64,000 nt of DNA, taken from positions 172,422,001 to 172,486,000 of the forward strand of contig OZ024741.1 in the NCBI GenBank assembly GCA_964016885.1. Reading direction: 5' to 3'. Positions 38,171-51,736 of the stretch are shown here, one piece after another. The stretch's first letter is position 1; every line of letters starts with the position of its first letter. A model generated the notes under the pieces. It was not told the DNA's origin. It worked only from the letters and a program-made list of their open reading frames with translations, and searched no databases. The stretch comes from Eledone cirrhosa. Taxonomy: Eukaryota. Position numbers and translations under genes: made by a program.

Positions 38171-39214
38171 TGTGAATTTGATCAGTCCAATTGCCCGATT
38201 TTAGTGAAAAGTTTTGATTCGAAATGGAAAGACTCCATTTCCGTGCCATGGAAAAAATGAATAAGCCGATCAAAAAGCCGCGAAACATCATTTTTAATTA
38301 AGCGAAATTAGTGGATGCAAATCTCAGAAGATATTGTACACTATTCGCACCTATCGCACTATTCGCACCTATCGGTACAAAAATATAGCGCACTATTCGC
38401 ACCTATCGGTACAAAAAATCGCACGACTGTTAATAATACTAGAAGTGCAAACTATCTGTTGAATACCTGGTATATGAAGAGCAACCGATACGATCGGTCG
38501 GCGATCGGTCTTGAAGAAGAATGAAGAATGAAGTGAAATTTTGGTCTGGTTGTTGTCATCGGTGTTTCGCAGAGATGCCGGCACGAACAAAGGTGTCAGT
38601 GACACAAAGTTGTCCGCTTGAACAAAGGTGTCGGTCCGACAAAGGTGTCAGTCAGACAGACAGTCAGACAGTGTCACAGTCGGTGCGACAAAGCAATCGA
38701 TGCGATTTAAAAAAATTTAACTCACATGTTTACCTATATTTTCGCAAACTATTGATAGATTGGTACAAAAAATAAATTTTTAACGAAGTATTTAAAAAGC
38801 ATTTTAGCAGTGAAAAGTGAAGTAATGTTTCACACTGACGCAAGTTCAGAAATGACGTAGTCAATTAGGAGGAGGGGAATCGGCGATTTGACTACATTTG
38901 ACTAACGTAATCACAATCACAAGAGTTCCGCCGAAAAAAATTCGTCATTTCTGGATTACCTCCCCTAGCCTCACGCTTACTACTCACTCACTTGAACACA
39001 AGATTTATCAGCAAACTTTGATTATAAACTTTTTCCCGCTGGACCAAATTTCTAGATTTTTAAGCCAAAAGATGCGTAATGATCTGCTGTTCATGCTCAT
39101 ATAAGTTTTATCTCAGTTAAATAAAGTAGAGCCGCGCTGTACTGTCGTAAACAGACGATTGCCAACGAAAACACGACCACAACAATATTACTAAACGGAC
39201 TACCGTCCGTTTAG

Positions 39215-39260
<46 letters not shown>

Positions 39261-39359
39261 ATAATAATAAATTTGAAGACTAAAATCCAAAGAGGGCTCG
39301 ATAAGGATAAATATATATCAAATATATAAGGACCGTAGAGCAAATAATCTGTTATTTTA

Positions 39360-39422
<63 letters not shown>

Positions 39423-39840
39423 TATATATATAAACACATAAACCAGTATATATAAACATATGTATACCAATGTCAAATGTAATATTTAATTATTCATCTA
39501 TAATGCAATCATATATTACAATATGGCTGAAAATATAACGAAAACCCATCATTGAAACACTTTCTGTTGTTATATTTCTTGCTGTTCCATCGTAATGGAG
39601 CTAGAATCATCTTGTGTCGAAGCAACAGTAATATTATAGCTATCAGTTTAGTAAGAATGTGTACAAAGAAAGTAATTTGCTTTCAGTTGTTATTGTTGAC
39701 GTTGGTGGTGTTGCGGTTGTCATTGCTCTTCTTGCTCTTGTATTATATCTATATATACACACATATACACACACATATACACACACTATACACACACATA
39801 TACACACACATGCTCACATACATGCACACACACACACAGC

Positions 39841-39901
<61 letters not shown>

Positions 39902-39904
<3 letters not shown>

Positions 39905-40409
39905 TCTATATATATAAAACGAGGATGTGTGTGTGTTTGTGGACAACTTTGAACAACTAAGGCTTTTACAATTCGCAACCGAATTTGACAACGTTTTATG
40001 TGCACGTTGCACCTGTCGCTAAGATGGTCACATCACAAACATTTTTCAAATCGACCCACGTTGAGCAATAAAAAAATTGATAGCAAAATTATGTTTTCTA
40101 AAGTGCATGGTGTAAGGTAGAAATCAATCAAAACAAAATCCTTATGGGACTTTCCATTCAAACTGTTGGGACCTACAACTTTTCAGCTGTAGCTTGCACA
40201 TTTTTTTGTCACTCGCGACAAAATTGTAGGTGTTTATTCTCTGCACTACAAGGCTCTTAAGCGAGCATCGATTTTCTTCTAAGTCACATGCCTGTGTCAG
40301 CAAACCCATAAAAACTAAATCATTATGGGATTTTCCATTCAATTTACTTCCTAGCTGTATATTCTTAGCATAATTTCAAACCCCGAGCAACGCCGGGTAA
40401 ATCTGCTAG
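39902..40409 (+). mobile_element. Non-autonomous Helitron
   Basis: 5' TC(TTC)TATATATATAAAA; 3' hairpin CCCGAGCAACGCCGGG followed by CTAG|T; inserted in (TA)n. Confidence 0.88.
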
Positions 40410-40465
40410 TATATATATATATACGGTAGAAAGAACGACAGAGGGAGATAGATAGTTATAGATAA

Positions 40466-40548
<83 letters not shown>

Positions 40549-40550
40549 GA

Positions 40551-40820
40551 TTTCTTTATTGGCCACAAGGGCGCACAAGAAAAGGGGACACATGCTGGAG
40601 ATTTTACATACAGTCGTGTAAAAAAAAAAATAAAACAAACAAACAATTATAACAATCGAAATCCCCAATAGGGGGGGAGACGCCACAAATGGGTTGTTTA
40701 ATACCCCGTCGATAGAACAACACTCAACTTCAGGAGCGTGTTGTGCAAGTGCTCCCTTCTTCCTTTTGCTCTCTTCTTTAACCTACAGGCTTATAAACAG
40801 AGAAGGCCCAATCCCTCGGG
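40551..40820 (-). mobile_element. Retroelement 3' end embedded in (GATA)n (Tx1/L1-like)
   Basis: Unique sequence flanked on both sides by (GATA)n. The minus strand ends ...ggccAATAAAgaaa then (TCTA)n. Confidence 0.5.
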
Positions 40821-40847
40821 CCATTTTCGCTTCATTCACCCAGATAG

Positions 40848-40881
<34 letters not shown>

Positions 40882-40887
40882 ATAGAG

Positions 40888-40929
<42 letters not shown>

Positions 40930-41304
40930 TTAGACATATAGATAAATAAATAAAACATGCAGTTTGAAAATTTCATAAAGTGTATATATATATATATATA
41001 TTAAAATAACAGATTTAAGTTTAAGCATAGAATCGCTGCTTTCACCCTTAAAGGGATCTTCTGATATATATTTATCCTTATCAAGCCCTCTTTGGATTTT
41101 AGTCTTCAAATTTATTATCATTAAGGCTTGTTACTCTGGAACACATACACACACGCACACATACATATATATATGTGTGTGTGTGTGTCTACGTATATCA
41201 GATATGTATATATTTTAGTCCAAACGAGATCTCATGTCTCCTTTATATATTTTTTCTTCAAATTTTAAATGCAATATTTTAAGTCTGTATTAATTATTCG
41301 GAAA

Positions 41305-41487
41305 TTGGCGGTATCAGTAGTGGGTCGGACGCTATACTTGGCAGCATAGAGTTACGGCACGGTACGGTCTGATTTCAAATCACACTGAGGTTAACTTTGC
41401 CTTTCCTCTTACGTCGTCGATAAAATAAAGTACCAGTAATGCACTGGGACTATTGGCTGGCCTTGTGCCCCAAATCAGATACAATTA
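41305..41487 (+). mobile_element. tRNA-derived SINE
   Basis: Diverged copy of the main family. Confidence 0.85.
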
Positions 41488-43624
41488 ATTATCCGGAGAA
41501 TATTTCTGCTTTTTTTTTAAGACGATAGCATTTGATATGAGGGAGATTTGGCTACTAAATCTAACTCCATGTTATCTCGACATAAATAATGAATAAATTT
41601 GCAAGTTGTGGTGAAGTAATGGATTTTATTTTATTCCAACTCTTTATATATGCAAACTTGTGTAATAAAGGTCACCTATTTACAGAGAACTAAAGTGACC
41701 TTTGTAATAAAACAATACCAGAAGCTGTTATGCATATTTATAGCAAAGAATTATAAGACGTAAATAATGGTTCTAACGTTGGCATAAAACCACAAATATC
41801 AGAGGTGGAGGGAGACGAGAGGAGAAGATTATATAGAAGCAAACTACGTAAGAGGAAGGGGGAGTGAGGGGGGATATGAGGCGAAGAGGGGGGTGTAGAA
41901 ATGAAGACAAGATGAAAAGAAGAAGAAGAAGAAGAAGAAGAAGAAGAAGAAGAAGAAGAAGAAGAAGAAGAAGAAGAAGAAGGGGGAAGAGGAGGAGGAG
42001 GCGGTGCTTAGAAGAAGAAAATGTAGAAGTGTGTAGATGAGGGAAAGAGTGGGTAAAGGGGAGGAGTTTAAGGAAGGGGAAGGAGGAAGAAGAGAATGGA
42101 AAGAAGGTGGTAGAAGTGGATGAGTAGGAGAATGAGAAAAATGATGGATGAAGTGAAGGAGGCTAATGAGAAAGAGGAAAAGGAGGAGAGGAGAAGAAGA
42201 AGAAGAAGAAGAAGAAGAAGAAGAAGAAGAAGAAGAAGAAGAAGAAGAAGAAGAGGTGGGGAGAAAATTGAGATCAGAATTTAAATGAAATCAACTAAAC
42301 ATGTACTCGGCATGTGTTCGCGTCATCTAAACCTGTGTGGTGGCGCAAGTAAACGTGTATTCTGTGCTCTACCGACCACTCCGTTCACGGCTCTAATGTG
42401 TTTTTCTAACATTGGCGCAAGGCCAGCAATTTGAGGGAAGGGGATAGTCGATTATATCAACCCCAGTAGATAACTGGCATTATTGTATCGACCCTGTAAG
42501 GATGGAACGCATACTTGACCTCGACAGGATTTAATGTGAGAATGTAAAGGCTATAACCAAATACTGGGTGTCCTTTCTTTACGCTTTAATGATTCTACTC
42601 TAATGAAGGTGCGTGGATTAGTGGTTAGAGACTTGAATTCGCAACTCACGATTGCGAATTCGATTCCAGGGTTGACTGATGAGTTATGTCTTTGAGCGAC
42701 ATACTTTGTTTCACGTTGCTCTTTCTGTCTATATTGTGGCCGGTCGATAGTATCAGCAATAAAAAGACCAATGGAAACATTGTTTCCTTGGTCCAATTTG
42801 ACGAGTTCCAACCCAATCGGTAAACGAATGAGGTCTGAGATTTCGTCGATCGTTTAAAAAAACATAAACACAAAGCAACACATTTTGAGACAAACAACAG
42901 TCGATTATATCGCCAGTAATACACTACTGTTACTTTAGTTAATCGATGCATATTTTATTGATCTCAGTACATGACTAAGACTTCATTATATTGATCCCAG
43001 AAATGAACTAGTACTTTTTTTATTAACCTTGGTAGGGTTAAAAGCAAAAATAATCACGGTGAGATGTTTCAAAGGTTTAACCAGAGAATGAATGGCAACA
43101 CCTATGTCCGTTTCCAATGTGTTTATGCCTGGTTGGTGGAAGGCACAAAGTACTTCCCAAACTAGAGATCTGGCCTGAATACTTACAACAGAGTGAAATC
43201 CATTGCAAATACCCAGTGGCTAGTTGTTCGTCATAAACTGGGCAAAAATTTAAGACTAATCCATAGAACACGAGCTCTCACTCCAACGAATTTCAAACAG
43301 TATGTTTCCATCAAATTTCCCTCACAGGGCCTTGGTTGTTGCATAACTGTGATAGAGACCGCAAACCCTACAAGTTGTATTCTCCTCGAAACCCCGTAGT
43401 TACAGATCGAACTAAATAACCACACAGCCATTGAATTCATAAAGTTAGTTCAGGTAAATAAAACTTCGCTTGACATGTAGAGTCAAAACTAGGTGGTCAG
43501 GTATCTATAAAAGAAATATCTTTTTTAAGTTGGAGAATGGCGAGGAAGTATCAAATACCATAGTGTATAGGATAAATTAACGCACAACACGCTTCCTTGA
43601 AGCTGTATCCGATTGCACACACAC

Positions 43625-43803
43625 ACAAGGCCAACAATTTTAGGGGAGAGGAAAGTCCATTAAATCGATCCCAGTGCGAGACTGGTACTTTATTTTAACG
43701 ACCCCGTAAGGATGAAAGGCAAAACTAACCGTGGCAGAATTTGAACTTTGAACGCAAAGGGCCGTAATTCTATGCCCCGACGCTCTACCGATACTGCCAA
43801 TCT
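43625..43803 (-). mobile_element. tRNA-derived SINE (long form)
   Basis: Reverse complement of the family consensus. Confidence 0.85.
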
Positions 43804-44274
43804 ATCACACTTTCCATAAAAGAATTTAATGTGTACATGAAAGGTTAGTTGCATCAGTAGACACGAAAATACAACATAAGAGTTTTGCGGACACAAACTA
43901 CTAAACATTACTATGAACTTCATTTTACGTTCTCTGTGTCAAAACTCACAGTATTCAACTTTGTTGTGTTTCTGTGCCGGCGTAACATAAAATCAGTATC
44001 AGTGCTACACTAGAAACGTCTCAGTTACTTATGTAACTTCCATACAATTTTGCTGGTTTGTACTTAGGTAAGAAATTATTAGAAATAGTGTTATGTCAAT
44101 AAATCTATAAAAGCTCTTCAAGTCAGGTAAGGTTGACATTAAGCTTGTGTTACTGTAGGTTGGTTGTTTGTGTTTGAAAGTGTGATGAAATGGATTCTCA
44201 TTTGCTGCAAATCTCGAGCATAAGAATTTAAGTAATATCTTTAAGGGAGATTGGCAGATCATTAAAGTTATGCG

Positions 44275-44463
44275 CTGTGGATTGGCAGTATCGGTAAAGG
44301 GTCGGACGCCATGCTTTCCAGCATAGAGTTACGTCTCTTTACGGACTGAGTTCAAATACCGCCGAGTTTAACTTTGCCTTTCATCCTTACGGGGTCGATA
44401 ACATAAATTACCAGTAATGTATTGGATTATTGCTGGCCTTGTGCCAAAAGTAGAAACAATTAA
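44275..44463 (+). mobile_element. tRNA-derived SINE (short form)
   Basis: Full head, body and tail. Confidence 0.9.
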
Positions 44464-44785
44464 AGTTATGCCATATGTAGTTACGTCACTTAAATTTCTC
44501 AGCTCAAATGTTACGATGGTAAAATTTGGTATCCATCCTTATGAGTTAACTAAAATGAACTTAACACCCAAATACTATTATAAAGATAATCGACACAACC
44601 CACTAAAAACACAGTATGTCAGCTTGTTCAAGACTTATATATATATATGGGTATAAGTGTGTGTATGTGTATGTGTTTGTGGAGAGAGTGATGCTTTAAA
44701 TATTATGAAAATATCCAAGGGAAAATGCATTGCATACAGTGATTTAATACAGGATGCGTACACCGGACTAGATAGCATTATTATA

Positions 44786-45203
44786 GCGGTGGATTGGCAG
44801 TATCGGTAGAGGGTCGGACGCCATGCTTTGCAGCATAGAGTTACGGCCCTTTATGATCTGAGTTGAAATCCCGCCGAGGTTAACTTTGTCTTTCATCCTT
44901 ACAGAGTCAATAAAATAAAGTACCAGTCACGCACTGGGGTCAATTTCATCGAATTTTCCCTCCCCCAAAAATTGCTGGCCTTGTGCCTATATGAGAAACC
45001 ATTATTATAGCGGTGGATTGGCAGTATCGGTAGACGGTCGGACACCATGTTCTGACGCATAGAGTTACGGCCCTTGCCATTCTGAGTTCAAATCCCATCG
45101 AGGTTAATTTTGCCTTTCATCCTTACGGGGTCGATAAAATTTAAGTACCAGTAATGCACTGGGATAATTGCTGGCCTTGTACCAAAAGTAGAAACAATTA
45201 TTG
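44786..45203 (+). mobile_element. Head-to-tail SINE pair (long form 44786-45007, short form 45010-45203)
   Basis: Two full copies. attatt(a/g)tagcg occurs before, between and after them. Confidence 0.9.
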
Positions 45204-45238
45204 TAGCGAGAGAGGACGCAGGAGTTAAATAAAACATA

Positions 45239-45397
45239 CCGTATTTCCCGGCGTCGAAGACGCTACTTTTTTCCTAAAATATGTCTCAAAAATCTACCAT
45301 GCGTCCTGGGGGCCGAAGGTTGTTTATTATTATTTTTTTGTTTTTTTAATATTTGGTTGTCAAAAGAACGAAGCATGTTCGGCGCCGGGAAATACGG
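45239..45397. mobile_element. Tc1/mariner-pogo-type MITE with TA TSD
   Basis: Terminal inverted repeats (TIRs) CCGTATTTCCCGGCG / CGCCGGGAAATACGG, flanked by TA on both sides. Confidence 0.88.
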
Positions 45398-46763
45398 TAT
45401 CATACAAAATTGGATGAGATAGTGAAAAAAGAGAATGGTGACGAGAAAACACCACATTGACACTAAAAGCATTAGAGAAATGGAGACAAAGAAAAGGAGA
45501 AAATTAGTATGGACACAGTAAACGAACGGTAAAATGAAAACGAGGAAAACAGAACACGGAATCTCCCGTACTCAGTTGGCCCCTATCCTATGTAGTTTCG
45601 TAACATTCTTGACAGGATTATGTTCATCATGATAACATATAACAATGCTCTATTTTGTACTGCTCGGAAAATACGCAAGAAATAAACATACAACATTATC
45701 AGAAAGAAAAACCCGACTTGAGTGAAAATCGAATTCATGGAAACGTGTAAATCACAAATAGAAATATAAAAATATAAAACGAATAATCAATTACAGTCCA
45801 ACGACTGGTATGAATATGCCGTTCGATAAAATAAATACTAGGTTTGAAAATATAAGCACTGGAGTTAATATAATCGACAAAACGAAGCTGGTGTTCTAGT
45901 ATAATAGCATAAGCAATAACAAGAATATAACAATAAGAAGGATATATGAGATTGGGAAAAAAGAAGGAAGGGGGAGGAAAAGGTAAGGAAGAGGAAGAAA
46001 GAAAATAAAGGATGACGGGGTAGGAGTATAAGGAAGGATGAGAGAGGAGGAGAAATGAGTGAGAAACACTGTCTCACAGTGTAAGATAATACATAATTTA
46101 AAAAAATTTTGAAATTAAAAGTTATTGAGCTTTATGAATGGTGATGTTTATGATTAAAGAAAAAGGAATTAAGAATAGTATTTATTTAAGGTTTATATAT
46201 TGAAGGGTTTAATAATATGTGCGAAAAAGGAATTTATTAATATGTATCATTAAAATTAAAATATTAAGGAGATAAGTTGAATTAAGAAGAGATTAAATGA
46301 ATTATGAACTTAGGGTCTAAGTTTGTTTCTATTTATCGTAATATGAAAAAGTAAATAATAGGTTTAATACGAGCACAGAAGTAGAGAAGAAAGAAGAAAA
46401 TGTAAGGAAGAAAAAATATATAACATAAAAAAAAAAATATGTTTACAAAATTTACTAGTGGTAATATTAGTATATATTAAAAATATAGTTTGTATGGCCA
46501 AGAATATAAGGAAAATGCTATAGTGAGTAATAATATGAGTTAAGAAGTAATTGAGAAGTAAAAGTTACAGATTAAAGATTAGAAATTAAAAAAGAAAAAA
46601 GGAAAAAAGGAAAAAAGGATAAAAAAGATAAAAAAGAAGAAAAATAGGGGACCGCTAACGACATAGAATGAGTAAATTGTTTAATATAATATACTGAAAT
46701 ATGGTAGAAAGATGGGTATATTTGTAAAAGATATAAAAGCGTTTGAGAAAAAAAGATTTTAAA

Positions 46764-47650
46764 CTAATTAGGTGGTGAGATATTAGCTGTATACTTTATA
46801 GAAAGTTCTATGGGATTTATGCAAGCAGAGCGAAAATAAATCCGTAGTCTATTTATTATAGAATTAAAATTAGAAATAATGGTAAATTTCTCGGCTAGGC
46901 AAAGGTTACATGTTCTGGATAGGGAAGAATTTCGGTAAGGAGAGGCGTTGCAAACCTCCCTCCAAGAAATGCTGTAGTTAATATTTTTGTCTTTTAAGGA
47001 CCATATGAGTTCTGAGAGTGCCGTGTTAGTTCTTTTAAGTTGGTATTTAAAAGACGAATTGTGATTATAAAATCTTGTTTTAAAGGAAGTGGAAGTGGAA
47101 CCAAAATAGGTAAAAGAATTAGTACCAGTTATAACCTTACATTCATACACCAAATTTTTATCAAGACATTAAGACATATTAAGAGGACATTTAGTTCTAA
47201 TAGGGCAATTACAATTACGATTAGAGCAATTACCAGAGTTATTAACAAGTGACCTAGTATTATTTATAGAAGGAATTGGATTGGAGAAGTTATTTACGAT
47301 AGGTGCTAAAGTTTCCTGATTTATATTGGTGTTATGAACATTCGACAAAGTTACGTTTGACGTCGTATTTAAATTTACTGAATCTCGCCTAGAGTTAACA
47401 TTGCTATTATTATGACGCTCAGTGTTGGATGGATATAATTTATTATTTAATATTTTATTATTATGTTTAGAGATGTTGGAAGTGGTGGAATAAGAGAATG
47501 TATGTATCTGTGTGCAAGTGTTTGTGTTTGCGCATATATTGGGCAAATATTTCGAGTGTGAGAATGCTAGAAATGGAGATGGTGTTTTGTGGATATATGA
47601 GATGTGGGGGATAGTGAGATAAAGAGTTTCCGTTTTTTCGAGATAACTGA
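46764..47650 (-). mobile_element. PLE C-terminal GIY-YIG of Naiad-like type (pseudogenised)
   Basis: [72 protein letters not shown]. In-frame TAA at 47169-47171. Confidence 0.85.
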
Positions 47651-47724
47651 AACGAAAAATTTAGATTTGTTGCCATGACTTGCAATACATCAAATGACAA
47701 ATACACACAAATACATACACAAAC

Positions 47725-47779
<55 letters not shown>

Positions 47780-47872
47780 TATATACACGTACACGTGTGT
47801 GTATGTATTTGCATGTGTATATATGTATATATATACAAGTATATACACATGCAAATACATACACACACCTCA

Positions 47873-47903
<31 letters not shown>

Positions 47904-47953
47904 TATATACATATATATATATTATATATATATATATTATATATATATGTATG

Positions 47954-47987
<34 letters not shown>

Positions 47988-48037
47988 TATATATATACAC
48001 ATATATATACACATACACACACACACACGCACATATT

Positions 48038-48124
<87 letters not shown>

Positions 48125-48411
48125 GGTGTGGTGTGTATGTATCTGTGTATATAAGTTTTACTGTGTGGTATTAGTAATTCTTTAAATAGCTATGTTTCTA
48201 GTGTTATTGCTCCCGCGTGTAAGAAGAAACCCCTGAACTTAATCAAGTTTATTCCATGTAATAGGAGATTCTAATTGGTGATTCTACTGTGATATATATT
48301 GGCAATCAGCCTCTTTCACGCTAAAACAGCTCATATTAACAACCTAGTCGCACCCCAGGAACGGAACTACGCTTAGGCACTTATATAAATGTATGATGTG
48401 TTCGCTGTTAA

Positions 48412-48476
<65 letters not shown>

Positions 48477-48658
48477 TTCATACATTTGTATATATATATA
48501 TATATATTTCGATCTTCCAGAAACCTAATTTGTATACACCACAAGCGGATTTTGTTGATTTCGGATTTACAGAAACCTCACTTGGATATTCAGTAATTTC
48601 CAAGTCGCGGTCCAGGTATATTATATATACAGATATGTGGATATATGTAAGTATATTT

Positions 48659-48770
<112 letters not shown>

Positions 48771-48961
48771 CTTTGTCTCCCTAGTCAATTCTTTCGTTGA
48801 TACAGATCAAGCGGCTAAATTAGTGGTCGCTATTTTCAATTTGCAAGCCTTTTTAAAATGTATGTTATTACTCTGACGTTTATTCGTTGTCGAGAGCTTG
48901 GCTCCACTACTTAAGGCATTCGTTGGCTTGGCTGGTGATCGAACTTCGAATATTCTGTACT

Positions 48962-49023
<62 letters not shown>

Positions 49024-49027
<4 letters not shown>

Positions 49028-50432
49028 AACGAGTAGGACCCCGACGGCTGAGCTCAAGCCGTTTCGACGGCTAATTCTGGACTAAATGAACATTTTTATC
49101 CTGGTATATGAATAGCCGAGCTTCTCAGAGGGTAATTCCATATATGGTAAAAGTGATTGTCACAAGGATTGGTCAAAAGTCTGTTGTTGAGACACATAAT
49201 TCTATCATGGCAATTTGTGGAAGGAAGCGGTAGCTGAACCTGCCAGTAGAAGAAAGAGAGAGAGGGGGTGGAGGAAACCCAGTTGTGCGTTGATAGTGCC
49301 AACTACAGCAGGGCAGGAGGTCAAGGAAGTATACTAGGGAGGGGGTGGGGAGGAAGTCGAAACAAAAAGTAAAACAATATGGGGTAAAAAAATATAGAAG
49401 AATACCGAGAATGTTAAAAAAAAACAATTAAATATTAAAAAAAAATTACTGGATACTATTCCCCAACGACAGCCATCAAGTCTCTCACTGGTACTGCTAG
49501 ACTATAGAAAAGTTTACTAGGTGGGACGGAATTATAATTAGACCCTTTTAAGAGGTAGTAGTAATCAACCGAGTATATCTTACGGTGACGGGTCAACAAG
49601 TGGGGGGCCAAAATACTAAAGAAACTACCACGAAATAATAATTAAGAGTCCCAAGACCAATACGAAATAATTGTTTCTACCCGAGGCACAAGGCCAGCAA
49701 CCACCCAGTGCAAAAGATAAACTAATACGAAATAATAAATCAGAATCCCGAAAAAGAATACTAATACTATCTCTAAGGGTGCCGCTACGATATAAAAATT
49801 CTAGTGCAAACTACATAAATGCTCGTACGAGGTATATGAAAAAATGTTCATATACTTTGTACGAGCATCTATGTAGTTTGCACGGTTGATTACTACTACC
49901 TCTTAAAAGGGTCTCATTATAATTCCGTCCCACCTAGTAAACTTTTCTATAGTCTAGCAGTACCAGTGAGAGACTTGATGGCTGTCGTTGGGGAATAGTA
50001 ACCAGTAATTGTTTTTTTTATATTTAATTGTTTTTTTTTAACATTCTCGGTATTCTTCTATATTTTTTACCCCATATTGTTTTACTTTTTGTTTCGATTT
50101 CCTCCCCCTCCGCCTCCCTAGTATACTTGCTTGACCTCCTGCCCTGCTGTAGTTGGCACTATCAATGCACGACTGGGTTTCCTCCACCCCTCTCTCTCTT
50201 TCTTCTACTGGCAGGTTCAGCTACCCCTTCCTTCCACAAATTGCCATGATAGAATTATGTGTCTCAACAACAAACTTTTGACCAGTCCTTGTGACAATCA
50301 CTTTTACCATATATGGAATTACCCCCTGAGAAGCTCGGCTATTCATATACAAGGATAAAAATGTTCATTTAGTCCAGAATTAGCCGTCGAAACGGCTTGA
50401 GCTCAGCCGTCGGGGTCCTACTCGTTCCTATT
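49024..50432. mobile_element. Large fold-back (~550-bp arms) between (TA)n tracts, with hammerhead motifs and a nested hairpin at 49804-49883
   Basis: 49024-49572 is the reverse complement of ~49884-50432 with few mismatches. Confidence 0.92.
50322..50415 (+). ncRNA. Hammerhead motif (antisense copy at 49039-49132)
   Basis: CCCC-CTGAGAA-GctCGGCTA...TAGCCGtC-GAAAC-GGCTTGAGCTCAGCC-GTC-GGGG. GUC site, long stem III, core variant. Confidence 0.65.
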
Positions 50433-50507
50433 ACCCACTCTACTACCCTAACTATTGAGTACTTTGGTGCGTTATGGTCCACCTGGTTCCTTACCACATT
50501 TCCTTCG

Positions 50508-50555
<48 letters not shown>

Positions 50556-50737
50556 AATATGAAAACATGGCGTGCTCGTGATTGCAAATGGGTTACATAT
50601 GAATAAATTTAGTCCTTCATCAGTGATATCCCAACTTTCATCGCTTTAAAGACCATATATATATATACATATATTTATATATATATATATATATATACAC
50701 GTATATTTATATGTGCGTTTGTGTGGGTGTGTTTGTA

Positions 50738-51608
50738 AAGTAACAGAACATAGAGTGCTGTGTGAGCATTAATGAGATAGGCTTTAGTGGACGTGACGTA
50801 ATATCCGAGGAGAATATAACTGCGTTCTAAACTCTGCAGTTATTGTAATTTTTTTTTGTTTTGTGCTTTTGTTAAGAGCTACACAATGTTAGGCCATCGA
50901 ATGATGGGCACAGAGCAAGAAAAGAACCTGATGTTTCTGGTCCGGCTGGAAAAAACTCCCTCAGAATCCCTCGGAATACTGCAGAAAGTGTATGGAGATG
51001 AGACGTTGTCATGCTCACGGATTTTCGTGTGGCACAAAAGGTTTAATGGCATGCAAGGATGTGGAAGACGATCCCAAGAGCGGGGGGGCCTTCGACGAGC
51101 AGGACTGAAGCTAACGTTGAGTGTGTGAAAGAGGTGGTGCGTGGCGATCACCAGCTGACTGTTTGACTGATCGCAAGTGAGTTAGGCATGAATCGCAACA
51201 GTGTTTAACAGATTATCAGCAAAGATTTGGGCATGCGGAGATCACCGGCTCTCAATCCTATGAACATCCGGTAGTTACTGGCCTAGAAGAACAACGCCGT
51301 ACTGGAACAAACTCCTTATTCATCTGATCTTCCTAGATGCGACTTTTTGCTTTTCCCCAAGCACAATGAGGTCATCAAGCGGATCAGTTTTGAAGATGTG
51401 GAAGCCATCAAGAGGGCAATAACGAAGGGGCTGAGGGGCATCCCAGAAGAATCCTTCCAGCGGGGCATAGAAGCGTGGCAGAGTAACATGTGAAAATGCA
51501 TTAGACTCGAGGGGGATAAATTTGAAGGGATAACTATGTAGTTTGTTGTTTAGAATTGAAATAAACTGTGTGTTATACCAGTCCCGTTAATTTTTAGTCA
51601 GACCTCAT
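50738..51608 (+). mobile_element. Mariner transposon, internally deleted and degenerate
   Basis: LQKVYGDETLSCSRIFVWHKRF, DDPKSGGPSTS, PYSSDLPRCDFLLFPK, KCIRLEGDKFEG. The 3' TIR is agtcccgttaatttttagtcagacctc. Confidence 0.88.
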
Positions 51609-51647
51609 ATATATACATACAAATTTGGTGTTTATATATTTCTTTGG

Positions 51648-51736
51648 TGAAGAAGAAGAAGAAGAAGAAGAAGAAGAAGAAGAAGAAGAAGAAGAAGAAG
51701 AAGAAGAAGAAGAAGAAGAAGAAGAAGAAGAAGAAG

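Noticed and set aside
47169-47171. Selenocysteine readthrough in the Naiad-like ORF
   Set aside because: The stop is TAA within a small local duplication, not TGA.
49096-50358. Duplicated 68-84 aa ORFs as a gene pair
   Set aside because: They are mirror translations of the palindrome arms, with no recognisable motifs.
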